64,000 nucleotides of DNA from assembly GCA_014729995.1 (NCBI GenBank), contig WJIZ01000041.1, positions 10,584-74,583 of the forward strand, in the 5' to 3' direction. Shown in pieces: positions 40,450-49,797 of this stretch; positions within the stretch are counted from its first letter, which is position 1; each line of letters begins with the position of its first letter. Made by a program: the position numbers and the translations under genes. The notes below the pieces were generated by a model. The model had not been told where the DNA came from. It searched no databases and saw nothing but the letters and a program-made list of their open reading frames with translations. This stretch comes from Candidatus Woesearchaeota archaeon (GTDB lineage Archaea; Nanobdellota; Nanobdellia; Woesearchaeales; WJIZ01).

Positions 40450-41612
40450 AGAAATATATTAAAGAAGTATCCGAGCAGGATTATCTGTGGCACTGTAATT
40501 ACAGGCAGCCAAATAGCTGATTTCTTGCCGATATTGCTCCAGATTAGCCCTATCTCTGTATAATCTGTGGCCACGCCGGCCATTAAAAAAACAAAGCTGT
40601 TTCCAAAAGCCCTTGTCTGGTTGAATATCTCAAACGCTAAAACACTGCTTCCCTCTGAACATACCTCTATTATCGTAGCGAATATTAATGTAATTGCCAA
40701 TCCCAGCAATGTTGGGCCCATATACTGCATAAAGAAATCCTGCGGAACAAAAGCCCTTGCAAATGCTGCTATTATCATTCCAAGCAGTATCCACCACACA
40801 ACCATTTTTGCCAGTGCCCAGCTTCCTTTCATTATTCCCAGGAAATCTTCATACTTGAGCCTGAAATTCTTATATCTTTTCCTGAAATCCTCTCTAATGG
40901 AAAAATTCCTGTCAACCCGGACAGTATTCGGATTCTGCTCTATAAGCTTTTTTCTGTCAAGTATCCTGAAGATAAATCCTGTTATTATCGCTATCACGAT
41001 CGCAGACACTATCAGATATAATGCCTTCACCCCAAAAAAGCCGAACAATAGTATTGTTATGGGAAGGTTTGCCCACGGCGAAGCTAACAGGAAAGCAACA
41101 ACAGAAGCAACAGAAGCCCCTTTCTTATATAGTTGTATAGCTATAGCCAATATTCCGTGCGAGCATGCACTCATCAGGAATCCGAAAATCACAGCATAAA
41201 AAATACCTCTTTTTCGGTGTGTGGCCAGGAATTTAGAGATATATTCTCTCGGAACAAAATGATCTATTACTCCTCCAAGAATGAGGCCAAGAAGTATCGC
41301 CCACCATATCAGCTTAAAATAGTCTGCAAATGCATTATACAGAGGGTTCATGGCAGGTATAAGATAGCTGACAATCAGCAGGGCAATCGTGATTAACCCG
41401 ACCACATACAGCCTTTCTTTATACCATGGCCTGTGCCCTCCCTTAACCTGGCAGCTTATACAGTGCGCTATATTATGCTCATGCTCATATTTTTCGATGC
41501 AGCGCTGGCTGCAGAAAGAATGGCCGTGCGCTTTTATCGTGCCTTTCATGCCGCAGACTGGGTCTGTTTTTTCTCCTTTCTTGTTGTCCATCAGAAAGCA
41601 ATAATATTTCAA
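40446..41612 (-). CDS. UPF0718/COG0701-family permease with N-terminal YHS/TRASH metal-binding domain
   Basis: N-terminal DPVCGMKGTIKAHGHSFCSQRC (YHS). Two-repeat 8-10 TM permease body. Confidence 0.65.
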   Translation of the reverse strand: MKYYCFLMDNKKGEKTDPVCGMKGTIKAHGHSFCSQRCIEKYEHEHNIAHCISCQVKGGHRPWYKERLYVVGLITIALLIVSYLIPAMNPLYNAFADYFKLIWWAILLGLILGGVIDHFVPREYISKFLATHRKRGIFYAVIFGFLMSACSHGILAIAIQLYKKGASVASVVAFLLASPWANLPITILLFGFFGVKALYLIVSAIVIAIITGFIFRILDRKKLIEQNPNTVRVDRNFSIREDFRKRYKNFRLKYEDFLGIMKGSWALAKMVVWWILLGMIIAAFARAFVPQDFFMQYMGPTLLGLAITLIFATIIEVCSEGSSVLAFEIFNQTRAFGNSFVFLMAGVATDYTEIGLIWSNIGKKSAIWLPVITVPQIILLGYFFNIFL

Positions 41613-41658
41613 CTTATATAAGAATTCCTATTATAAAATATAAAAAATAAAAATGAAA

Positions 41659-41874
41659 TTACCTTCCGCAGCCGCAGGAACTTATTCCGCAATTCCCGCC
41701 ACAATCAAAATTACAGGTATCTGCTCCGCAGCTTGGCTCTGGAGCGCCACAAACAGAACTTTCCTTTTCTTCCCCGCTCTCTATCACTTCTGTCTCAAGA
41801 TTCGCTGAAGCAAACAGCCCTCCTAAGACCAATACCAAGGCTATCGAAAGCCCAATCCATATTCTTTTGTCCAT
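41659..41874 (-). CDS. secreted/membrane-anchored cysteine-rich peptide (8 Cys in the C-terminal 30 aa)
   Basis: Signal/TM segment LSIALVLVLGGLFASA, then ..SVCGAPEPSCGADTCNFDCGGNCGISSCGCGR. Confidence 0.4.
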   Translation of the reverse strand: MDKRIWIGLSIALVLVLGGLFASANLETEVIESGEEKESSVCGAPEPSCGADTCNFDCGGNCGISSCGCGR

Positions 41875-41992
41875 CTTAGCACCTCACATGCTGATAAATC
41901 ATAGAAAGAGTAACATCTACAAATAATATTCCTGCAGAAATTAACGACCAAACTGTTTAATTACAGAAAATTCCTGTCCTAGATTGTTTAAT

Positions 41993-42520
41993 TCAGAATT
42001 TTTTCCTTAAATACACTTCGTTTGTCTTTCCCGCTGTTTTCCGCTTGACCACGTCCCTTTCTTCCAGTGATTTTAAGAGCAGCGATAATTTGGTCTTTGA
42101 TATTCCAGTCCTGAAGCGAAGCGTGCTCTGTTTTATCCCTTCCTGCTCCCTAACTGCTTTGAGGATATCCTGCTCCTCTTTAGAAAATCCTGACAGGTAA
42201 GCATTGAATTCATCCTTCTTGGAAGCTTTCTCTAATGCCGAACTAACCCTTGCCTGCTGTTCAGCCAGCAGTTTTTGGGTCTTATCAAACAGCAGGAGAT
42301 ATAATCCCAGAATAATCAATCCTGCTGATAATATGTATCCAACAATGTACAATCCAAGCGACCTCTCGTGCAGGCATGTCCCGTCTTCAAGGAAACATGA
42401 GCCCTTCTCCTGAACTAAATTTTTTATATATGCCTCTTCTCTCTGCTGTGCCAAATACACAAAAACAGCCAGTATCACCCCTATTATAATGACTATAGTG
42501 CCAATCTGTTTCTGGTTCAT
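41993..42520 (-). CDS. membrane-bound winged-helix (MarR-like) transcriptional regulator
   Basis: Two N-terminal TM helices flanking CFLEDGTC. C-terminal wHTH (ILKAVREQEGIKQSTLRFRTGISKTKLSLLLKSLEERDVV). Confidence 0.5.
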   Translation of the reverse strand: MNQKQIGTIVIIIGVILAVFVYLAQQREEAYIKNLVQEKGSCFLEDGTCLHERSLGLYIVGYILSAGLIILGLYLLLFDKTQKLLAEQQARVSSALEKASKKDEFNAYLSGFSKEEQDILKAVREQEGIKQSTLRFRTGISKTKLSLLLKSLEERDVVKRKTAGKTNEVYLRKKF

Positions 42521-42837
42521 TTGAAAGTAATATTAATGTAATATATTTAAATCTTTAGAATTGGAATATCGGCAGGGAAATCTGCCTTTGCCCACGATTC
42601 CAGAATTCACTATGCAGCACAACAAAAAAACAGATGAAACAATATTATTTTCATCAAAAGCAGTAATTTCCCTTTAATCTTTAAATTCTGCATAATGAGA
42701 CAAAGCAGGAAAAAATCCATACTTTTATAAAGCTGCAGCCAATCTTACTCCCTATTATTGAAATTGGATAAGAAAGAGCAGTATCTGATGATAATGACTT
42801 TTTCTTAAAAGGATTTTGATGAATGAGGTAAGTTAAT

Positions 42838-44091
42838 ATGAAATTCAGAAAATTAGGCATTATAGAGCCTATTGCAAAAGTGATAGATGAAAAGGGATTT
42901 GACGCTCCCACAGAGATACAGGAAAAGTCAATTCCTCTTGTGACTCAGGGGCGCGATATAATAGCAGGCTCTGCCACAGGCTCAGGCAAAACGCTGGCTT
43001 TTGCTGCAGGCATATTAAAGAATACGAATAATACAGGAAAGATACAGGCATTAGTCTTAACTCCCACAAGGGAGCTTGCGGAACAGGTAAGCAGGGAGCT
43101 TGAAAGGTTTTCAAAATACAAAAACCTGGCAACAACAACAGTTTACGGCGGTGTCTCAATAAATCCCCAGATACATAAGCTGCAGAAGACAGACATTGTT
43201 GTCGGGACTCCCGGAAGAATCCTGGATCATCTCGAAAGAAGAACCCTCGATTTAAGGCAGGTTAAGACATTGGTTCTTGATGAGGCCGATCGAATGCTGG
43301 ACATGGGCTTCATAGACGATGTCGAGAAAATAATCAGGAGCTGTTCCAGGGAAAGGCAGACATTGCTGTTTTCAGCTACCATATATCCTGAGATAGCAGG
43401 CCTGGCAAAGCGCTATATGAATAATCCGGTTAAGGTCAGCGCAGAGAAATACGTTGACCCTTCAAAGCTGAAACAGGTTTACTATGATATAAAGGACAAC
43501 TTAAAATTTTCCTTGCTTGTTCATCTCCTCAAACATGAACAGCAGGGATTGGTCATGGTTTTCAGCAATACGAGAAGGAATGTTGATTTTATAGCAAAAA
43601 ACCTAAAATTAAACGGAATTGACTCCCTGCCAATTCACGGTGGTTTTTCACAGGCTAAGAGAACCAACGTGATGAAGCATTTCCATTCAGGCAGGGCTTT
43701 CGTGCTTGTCTGCACAGATGTGGCAGCCCGCGGGCTTGATATCCCCCATGTCTCGCACATCTATAATTATGACATTCCAAAGGATGCTAAGGAATACGTG
43801 CATAGGATAGGCAGAACAGCCAGGGCAGGCAAAGAAGGCAAGGTGATAAATCTTCTTGCAGGCCGCGACCATGAGAATTTTGACCGCGTTCTGAGGGAAA
43901 ACAGGATAAAAATCGAAAAAGAAGAAATTCCGAGAATAGGAAAAGCAGTAATAAAGAGGACCGAAAGGAGAAGGCAGGGCAATCGGTTTGGGAGCAGGGG
44001 CTTTGGAAGAAAGAATTCAAGAAACAGGAATTTCAGCCGCAATAAAGGAACAAAGAATAGAAGAGACGGCGCATGGCCCAATATTAAGTAG
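42838..44091 (+). CDS. DEAD-box ATP-dependent RNA helicase with RG/K-rich tail
   Basis: Q-motif, AGSATGSGKTLAF, PTRELA, DEAD, SAT, HGG, HRIGRTAR. Confidence 0.9.
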   Translation: MKFRKLGIIEPIAKVIDEKGFDAPTEIQEKSIPLVTQGRDIIAGSATGSGKTLAFAAGILKNTNNTGKIQALVLTPTRELAEQVSRELERFSKYKNLATTTVYGGVSINPQIHKLQKTDIVVGTPGRILDHLERRTLDLRQVKTLVLDEADRMLDMGFIDDVEKIIRSCSRERQTLLFSATIYPEIAGLAKRYMNNPVKVSAEKYVDPSKLKQVYYDIKDNLKFSLLVHLLKHEQQGLVMVFSNTRRNVDFIAKNLKLNGIDSLPIHGGFSQAKRTNVMKHFHSGRAFVLVCTDVAARGLDIPHVSHIYNYDIPKDAKEYVHRIGRTARAGKEGKVINLLAGRDHENFDRVLRENRIKIEKEEIPRIGKAVIKRTERRRQGNRFGSRGFGRKNSRNRNFSRNKGTKNRRDGAWPNIK

Positions 44092-44317
44092 GTTTTCTTA
44101 TCCTTACAGACAGCATATGCAAGCCAAAGCCTGCAAGCAGGCCTATTACAGGAATTAAGAACGGAAAAACATAAGCGAGGATATTGCATCCGAAGAATTC
44201 ACACAAAACCGAGAATGCCGAATACACAAAAAAGCCTGTAATAATGCCTATCCCTAATCCTATGTAGCTTCCCGAAAGCCTGAATGGGTTCATGATTATA
44301 ACTATTCCGTGAGGCAC
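44084..44317 (-). CDS. small hydrophobic membrane protein
   Basis: 77 aa, two TM helices. Confidence 0.3.
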   Translation of the reverse strand: MPHGIVIIMNPFRLSGSYIGLGIGIITGFFVYSAFSVLCEFFGCNILAYVFPFLIPVIGLLAGFGLHMLSVRIRKPT

Positions 44318-44610
44318 AGCAGGATTGCCAGGTCCTCTTCCGCATTTAGGGAATGGGGAGCATCTCTCGGCATAAAAATAAACACACCTGGCTTCATCTC
44401 AATATCCTTATCATATAACTTAAATATCCCGGAACCTTTCAACACCTGCACAACCCCGTTCTTAGCGGATGTATGGGTGTCAATATCAGTTCCGGCTGTT
44501 AAGCACATCAAAGTATGGTTGTAATTCTCTCCCTTGGCAAGCACAGTGCTAAAAACGCCTTCTTTTGGGAATTGCATCAATTCATTCAGGTTTTTGCTGA
44601 AGCCTTCCAT
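44302..44610 (-). CDS. cupin-domain protein
   Basis: Cupin beta-barrel motifs (G..H.H....E..YVL.G). Confidence 0.6.
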   Translation of the reverse strand: MEGFSKNLNELMQFPKEGVFSTVLAKGENYNHTLMCLTAGTDIDTHTSAKNGVVQVLKGSGIFKLYDKDIEMKPGVFIFMPRDAPHSLNAEEDLAILLCLTE

Positions 44611-45456
44611 TTAAATCCACTCCTCAGATTTAACATCCCCATGGATTCCAACAATGATTGCCTTTATTGGAATCTTCCGCCCAGATTTTTCTAGTGCATT
44701 TTTGGCCAGCTGTAGCAATCCACTGCAGCAAGGAACTTCCATTATAGCAACAGTTAAAGTGTTGATTTTTGAGTCATCAATCAGCCTTGTTAATTTCTCC
44801 AGATAAACATCCTGGGCTTCATCAAGCTTTGGGCATGCAATTGCCAAGCTCCTGCCTTTTAGCAAGTCCTTATGAAAATCTCCGAGCGCATATGCAGTGC
44901 AGTCAGCAGCGAGCAGCAAGTCTTTTCCCTGGTAATACGGCGCATGTGTCGAGATGAGATGGAGCTGTACAGGCCATTGCCTTAGCTGTGAAGCCCGTTT
45001 CCCCTCTCCACTAATGGTTTCTCCTTCCCCGCTAAAATCCATTTCCTTAGAGCCGGGGCAGCCGCAAAATTTGTTTTTCATTTCCATTTTTCTGTCTTTC
45101 ATGGGGTTTTCCATTCCCTTCTCTTCCAAATATTCAAGCGCATCTTTCAGATACTCATCAGCACCATGCTCCCTCAAATGCTCCAAATGCGCTTTAATGA
45201 TATTCTCCCCTTTTGGGATGATGTTCTCTTTCATGACTTTTTTCTCATCATAAGGCTCTGCTTCCCTCTCTTCGGTCGTTATGGCGCCTTGCGGGCAGTG
45301 CCCTATGCAAGCCCCCAGCCCGTCACAAAATAAGTCGCTTATTAAACGCGCTTTTCCGTCTATCATTTGTAAAGCGCCTTCATGGCAGTTGGGTATGCAA
45401 AGAGCGCACCCATTGCACTTGTCTTCATTTATCTTCACAATCTTCCTCTTTGCCAT
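44611..45456 (-). CDS. 4Fe-4S dicluster ferredoxin-domain protein with Cys-containing C-terminal domain
   Basis: N-terminal CNGCALCIPNC...CDGLGACIGHCP. C-terminal AADCTAY..IACPKL..EVPCCSG. Confidence 0.55.
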   Translation of the reverse strand: MAKRKIVKINEDKCNGCALCIPNCHEGALQMIDGKARLISDLFCDGLGACIGHCPQGAITTEEREAEPYDEKKVMKENIIPKGENIIKAHLEHLREHGADEYLKDALEYLEEKGMENPMKDRKMEMKNKFCGCPGSKEMDFSGEGETISGEGKRASQLRQWPVQLHLISTHAPYYQGKDLLLAADCTAYALGDFHKDLLKGRSLAIACPKLDEAQDVYLEKLTRLIDDSKINTLTVAIMEVPCCSGLLQLAKNALEKSGRKIPIKAIIVGIHGDVKSEEWI

Positions 45457-45542
45457 CCAGATTCGTTTGTTTAAACATATAAAAACATATTCCCTATAAA
45501 TTATAAGAAAATTTTATATAAGCCGGGCTTGATAGTAGTCTC

Positions 45543-46292
45543 ATGGATGATAAGCAGTGGAACAGCTTGGCAGAAAATTATCATGAGGAAATAGTAAGCC
45601 CTTTCTTCCGTGATGTGGAAAATCCCCTATTTGCCGAGATACGCAGGATAAAGAACAGTAAGGATAAGAAAGCTGCTGAATTCGGCTGCGGTTTGCTGTA
45701 TCTGGGGAATCTTCTCTCAGGGTCTTTCAGGGCTGTCCATGCATCTGACTTCTCTGAAAATATGGTAAGGAAAGCAAGACAGAGGAATAAGCAGCTTAAG
45801 AACATTACAATAAAAAAAGAAGACCTTAGAAATATAAGCTATAAGGGCGAATTTGATGTTGCCATCTCATGCAACTCTATAATTATGCCCTCTTTCAGGG
45901 ATAATCTAAAGGCATTCTGCAACATTAACAATGCATTAAAGAAGAACGGCGTTTGCTTCCTTATACTCCCTTCAATGGAATCTGTATTGTACCACGGCAT
46001 GCTCCTGCTGCACAGCGAACTGATTGGTAAAGAAACAAAAAAAGCCAGGAAAAAGGCAAAAAGAAAATTTGAAAACAGCTGCTATGATTTCTTCCTTGGC
46101 CATTACCATGATGGCGACCAAACCCAGAAATTTTATTACCTGCATGAGATAGAATATATGCTGAAGAAAGCAGGGTTCAGGAAAATAGAAGTTAAAAAAG
46201 TAAAATATCCATGGGGAAAAGACATATCAGATTATGAAGACTTCCCCAAAGAAAAAAAGATGTGGGACTGGTTTGTCAGTGCACGGAAATAG
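45543..46292 (+). CDS. class I SAM-dependent methyltransferase
   Basis: Motif I EFGCGLLYLG and the Rossmann-fold pattern. Confidence 0.65.
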   Translation: MDDKQWNSLAENYHEEIVSPFFRDVENPLFAEIRRIKNSKDKKAAEFGCGLLYLGNLLSGSFRAVHASDFSENMVRKARQRNKQLKNITIKKEDLRNISYKGEFDVAISCNSIIMPSFRDNLKAFCNINNALKKNGVCFLILPSMESVLYHGMLLLHSELIGKETKKARKKAKRKFENSCYDFFLGHYHDGDQTQKFYYLHEIEYMLKKAGFRKIEVKKVKYPWGKDISDYEDFPKEKKMWDWFVSARK

Positions 46293-46857
46293 TCTCGTCT
46301 TCTATATGGCTGCAGTTTTGTGGGCAGTTTACCTGGTTTTTATTCTCATAATCTATATTCATGGGCAGAACAAGGTCTTTGGCAGATGTTATGACAATAT
46401 TCAGCTCAATCTCCTTTACTTTTGGGTTGCCTCTTAAATGGCAGTTGACTATGCCCTCCAGCCTCTTTAAGTCAGTGGCTGTAAAAAACAGGCATAAATT
46501 ATATTTTCCCGACGTAATCAATGCATTTATGAAAAAAGGGCAGTCTTTGAATTCTTTTATAATGGCGGTGGTATTTGTTGCATTAACGTCAACTTTAGCA
46601 AGCGACAAGTTCACAGTCCTGAAATTAACCCCGTTCACGCTGTAAAGTACTCCTTTTTCATGCAGCTTTCTGATCCTTGCGCCCACGCTTGGCTGGCTCA
46701 GCTTGACTTTTTTGGCTATCTCTTCCTGCGGTACATGGGGATTTTTCTGCAGCAGGGACAAGATAGTGTTATCCCTGTCATCCAGGCCGAGCTTCTCGTT
46801 TATCTGTATTTTCTTCTTGAAGTCTTTGATTTTTGTGTAAAACTGGTTTTTTGACAT
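46276..46857 (-). CDS. Lrp/AsnC-family-like transcriptional regulator with C-terminal extension
   Basis: HTH LSLLQKNPHVPQEEIAKKVKLSQPSVGARIRKLHEKGVL, then a RAM-like domain and CPQNC. Confidence 0.55.
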   Translation of the reverse strand: MSKNQFYTKIKDFKKKIQINEKLGLDDRDNTILSLLQKNPHVPQEEIAKKVKLSQPSVGARIRKLHEKGVLYSVNGVNFRTVNLSLAKVDVNATNTTAIIKEFKDCPFFINALITSGKYNLCLFFTATDLKRLEGIVNCHLRGNPKVKEIELNIVITSAKDLVLPMNIDYENKNQVNCPQNCSHIEDETISVH

Positions 46858-46977
46858 TTTATTATAATTATTTTAGCATTCTTTATAAAAATTTCTTTTT
46901 GTTTAATCCAAAATCGGGTATTTTACTTATATTTTATAGTAGGTACTTTTATATATTCATTACACCGTTTTAGAAAC

Positions 46978-47175
46978 ATGCAGATAACAAAAGATACCTT
47001 GATAGGAGATTTGGTAAAACAAAAGCCGGAATCTGTAAATGTTCTGATGAAGCACGGAATGCACTGTATAGGCTGTTCTGTTGCCACATGGGAAACTCTG
47101 GAGCAGGCCTGCCAAAGCCACGGCATTTCTGTCAATAATCTGGTCGGGGATCTTAAAGAGGTGAAAAAGAAATGA
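46978..47175 (+). CDS. DUF1858 (hybrid-cluster-protein-associated redox disulfide) domain protein
   Basis: 65 aa with the TIGDLV...P..V.VL.KHGMHCIGC pattern. Confidence 0.65.
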   Translation: MQITKDTLIGDLVKQKPESVNVLMKHGMHCIGCSVATWETLEQACQSHGISVNNLVGDLKEVKKK

Positions 47176-47291
47176 GATGCGGAAACAGCTGCGAGGTTTA
47201 TTCCAGGATCGTCGGCTACTTCAGGCCGGTGCAGAACTGGAACATAGGCAAGAAAGAAGAGTTTAAAGACAGGAATGAATTCAGCATTTAA
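47172..47291 (+). CDS. 39-aa ORF resembling the C-terminal glycyl-radical domain of anaerobic ribonucleotide reductase NrdD
   Basis: MRCGNSCEVYSRIVGYFRPVQNWNIGKKEEFKDRNEFSI. Compare NrdD C-termini RV.GY......WN.GK.EE...R with the radical Gly in VGY. ATGA overlap with DUF1858. Not in the ORF track. Confidence 0.45.
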   Translation: MRCGNSCEVYSRIVGYFRPVQNWNIGKKEEFKDRNEFSI

Positions 47292-47451
47292 GCCTGCAAT
47301 GGGCTCTTTATCTTATTCAGTATATTGAAATTTTTCAGAAAATAGCAGCATGCTAAAGAAAATGGCCAGATGATAGCCTCTAAGAGATGGCCCTCCATCT
47401 TAGGGCTATTTTCTGGCCTTCTACTTTAAATAATTTTTGGAGGTGATAAGC

Positions 47452-47487
47452 ATGGGCGAAGGAGGATGCGGCGGCTGTAGCTGCTAA
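47452..47487 (+). CDS. 11-aa cysteine-rich micro-ORF (MGEGGCGGCSC) with strong SD
   Basis: GGAGGTGAT lies 6 nt upstream of the ATG. Preceded by an imperfect long hairpin at 47364-47418. Confidence 0.3.
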   Translation: MGEGGCGGCSC

Positions 47488-47593
47488 GCAGAAAAATGGG
47501 TGATTTCCCCCTCATTTCACATATTCATTATAGTAATTCATTGTAAATCCATTAAGAAAGTCAGATTTTCTGGAATTACAGAAGGAGGCAAAA

Positions 47594-47827
47594 ATGAAAA
47601 AAGTAAAAATATATTCGACGCCAACCTGCCCATGGTGCAGGAAAGCAAAATCTTACCTCGAGGATAAAGGGGTGGAATTTGAAGATGTGGACGTATCAAG
47701 AGACCATGAGGCGCAGCATGAGATGGTCGAGAAAAGCGGCCAGATGGGAGTTCCAGTCTTGGATATAAAGGGCAGGATTATTGTCGGATTTGATCAGAAT
47801 GCTATAGAGCAGGCTTTAGCAGTATAA
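47594..47827 (+). CDS. glutaredoxin-like protein (NrdH/YruB type)
   Basis: YSTPTCPWCRKAK..GVPVLDI..IVGFD. Confidence 0.8.
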   Translation: MKKVKIYSTPTCPWCRKAKSYLEDKGVEFEDVDVSRDHEAQHEMVEKSGQMGVPVLDIKGRIIVGFDQNAIEQALAV

Positions 47828-47844
47828 GGTAGGAGGCGGTTCAA

Positions 47845-47958
47845 ATGGAAAACTATTGTAGTGAGTGCGGTGAAAGGCTGCAGAGAAATGAGGCAGGGTC
47901 GTTATTCTATTGTGTGAAATGCAGTCAACAGCACGGCCGGAGAAACGTTTTGCAATAA
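47845..47958 (+). CDS. 37-aa zinc-ribbon protein
   Basis: MENYCSECGERL....FYCVKCSQQHG. AGGAGG SD upstream. Not in the ORF track. Confidence 0.35.
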   Translation: MENYCSECGERLQRNEAGSLFYCVKCSQQHGRRNVLQ

Positions 47959-47973
47959 ATTTTGGGGTGAAAA

Positions 47974-48537
47974 ATGGTAAGCATAAACGACAAAGCGCCG
48001 GATTTTACAGAAGACGCGTTTGCTGGCGGGAAAATAAAAAAGGTAAGTTTATCGGACTATAGCGGGGAGTGGGTGATACTATTTTTTTATCCTGCTGATT
48101 TTACATTTGTCTGCCCGACAGAGCTGGGCGAACTGGCAGCCAGCTATGAAAAATTTAAGAAGCTCGGTGCTGAAATAATAAGCGTATCGACAGATACAGC
48201 ATTTGTACACAAGGCATGGCACGATAATTCCGATACCATAAGGAAGATTAAGTTTCCCATGCTTGCGGATCCTGCAAGAAGGGTCTGCAGCTCATATCAC
48301 ACCCTGATTCAGGATGAGGGATTATCGTTAAGGGCAACCTTCTTCATAAATCCTAATGGCAATATTAAGGCTTTCGAGTTCCACGATAACAATATAGGCA
48401 GGAGCATAGGAGAAACATTAAGAAAGCTTGAGGCAGCTAAATTCACTGAGGAAAATAAGGGGCAGGTGTGCCCCATGAACTGGAAGCCGGGCGCGGAAAC
48501 TCTTAAACCAGGCCTGGATTTAGTGGGAAAGATATGA
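47974..48537 (+). CDS. ahpC: peroxiredoxin (typical 2-Cys, AhpC/Prx1 family)
   Basis: FFYPADFTFVCPTEL peroxidatic Cys, and the resolving Cys near the C-terminus (GQVCP). Confidence 0.85.
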   Translation: MVSINDKAPDFTEDAFAGGKIKKVSLSDYSGEWVILFFYPADFTFVCPTELGELAASYEKFKKLGAEIISVSTDTAFVHKAWHDNSDTIRKIKFPMLADPARRVCSSYHTLIQDEGLSLRATFFINPNGNIKAFEFHDNNIGRSIGETLRKLEAAKFTEENKGQVCPMNWKPGAETLKPGLDLVGKI

Positions 48538-48558
48538 AAGATATAAAATCAGGAGGCA

Positions 48559-49086
48559 ATGAAAATGGTAATGAACGAGAAAGTCGAAAAGCTGATGAAC
48601 GAGCAGATTAATGCAGAACTGTATTCTGCATACCTTTACCAGTCAATGGCCGCATATTTCGAATCGGTCAATTTAACAGGGTTTGCCAGATGGATGGAAG
48701 TGCAGGCATTGGAAGAGATGACCCATGCACAGAAATTCTACAGGCATATTAACGAAAGGGCAGGCAGGGTCTTGCTTAAGGCAATGGAAGCTCCCCCTGT
48801 AGGATGGAACTCTCCTTTGCACATTTTTGAGGAATCCTACAAACATGAGCAGAAAGTCACAGCTTTGATAAATAATATCGTAAAAGTCTCAAATGAAGAA
48901 AAAGACTACGCTTCTCAAAGCCTGCTTCAGTGGTTCGTGGATGAGCAGGTGGAAGAAGAAGACAGCACAGACCAGATTGTCCAAAAGCTGAGGATGATCA
49001 AAGATAACCCGGGCGCTTTATACATGCTGGATAAGGAGCTTGGAGCAAGAACCTTCACTCCCCCAAAAGAAAAATCAAAAGAGTAG
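48559..49086 (+). CDS. ftn: ferritin (non-haem, Ftn-like)
   Basis: Diiron ferroxidase-site E/H pattern (ELYSAYLYQSMAAYF...EEMTHAQKF..). Confidence 0.75.
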   Translation: MKMVMNEKVEKLMNEQINAELYSAYLYQSMAAYFESVNLTGFARWMEVQALEEMTHAQKFYRHINERAGRVLLKAMEAPPVGWNSPLHIFEESYKHEQKVTALINNIVKVSNEEKDYASQSLLQWFVDEQVEEEDSTDQIVQKLRMIKDNPGALYMLDKELGARTFTPPKEKSKE

Positions 49087-49163
49087 CTTATTTCCGGCCG
49101 ATGCATTTCAATATCATTTTTTAAACCGATACATTAATAACTGAGGCTATCTTATTTCCCGCT

Positions 49164-49784
49164 ATGGAAAAAACAGTGATACCTGCTCTAATAGCCAAAA
49201 CACAGCGGGAGCTAAACCAAAGAATAAATGCTGTAAAAGATTTTGCAGGGTTGTTGCAGCTGGATTTTATGGACAGCAAGTTTGTTCCTAACTCAAGCCT
49301 CGACTTTGACCTGAATCTGCCTGAATTAAGGTATGAAGCTCACTTAATGGTTGAAGATCCAAAAAAGTATATAGACAAGTATCTAGATAAGATTGAGATA
49401 TTTTTAATCCATTTCGAATCTGTTTCAGCTCCGGGTGAAATGATTAATTATGTAAAAGGCAAAGGTAAAAAAGCAGGCCTTGTAATAAATCCAGAAACAA
49501 CCGTTGAAAAAATCCGGCCTTATCTGGATGAAATAGGCCAGGTTTTGGTCATGACAGTAAATCCCGGATTCTATGGAAGCAGGTTTCTTCCGGAAACTCT
49601 GGAAAAAGTAAAAGAACTTAGGAGGATGAAGCAGGGGATAAACATAGAAGTTGACGGCGGCATAACAGACAAGACAATAAAGCAGGCTGCCGATGCCGGC
49701 GCTAACTTGCTTGTTTCGGGCTCTTTTATATTCAGGGCGGGCAATCCGGGGAAAGCCTTTGAAAGGCTAAAAAGGTTAATATGA
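49164..49784 (+). CDS. rpe: ribulose-phosphate 3-epimerase
   Basis: DFMDSKFVPN, H.M, VMTVNPGF.G..F, and DGGI. Confidence 0.8.
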   Translation: MEKTVIPALIAKTQRELNQRINAVKDFAGLLQLDFMDSKFVPNSSLDFDLNLPELRYEAHLMVEDPKKYIDKYLDKIEIFLIHFESVSAPGEMINYVKGKGKKAGLVINPETTVEKIRPYLDEIGQVLVMTVNPGFYGSRFLPETLEKVKELRRMKQGINIEVDGGITDKTIKQAADAGANLLVSGSFIFRAGNPGKAFERLKRLI

Positions 49785-49797
49785 TAAGGCGATATAA

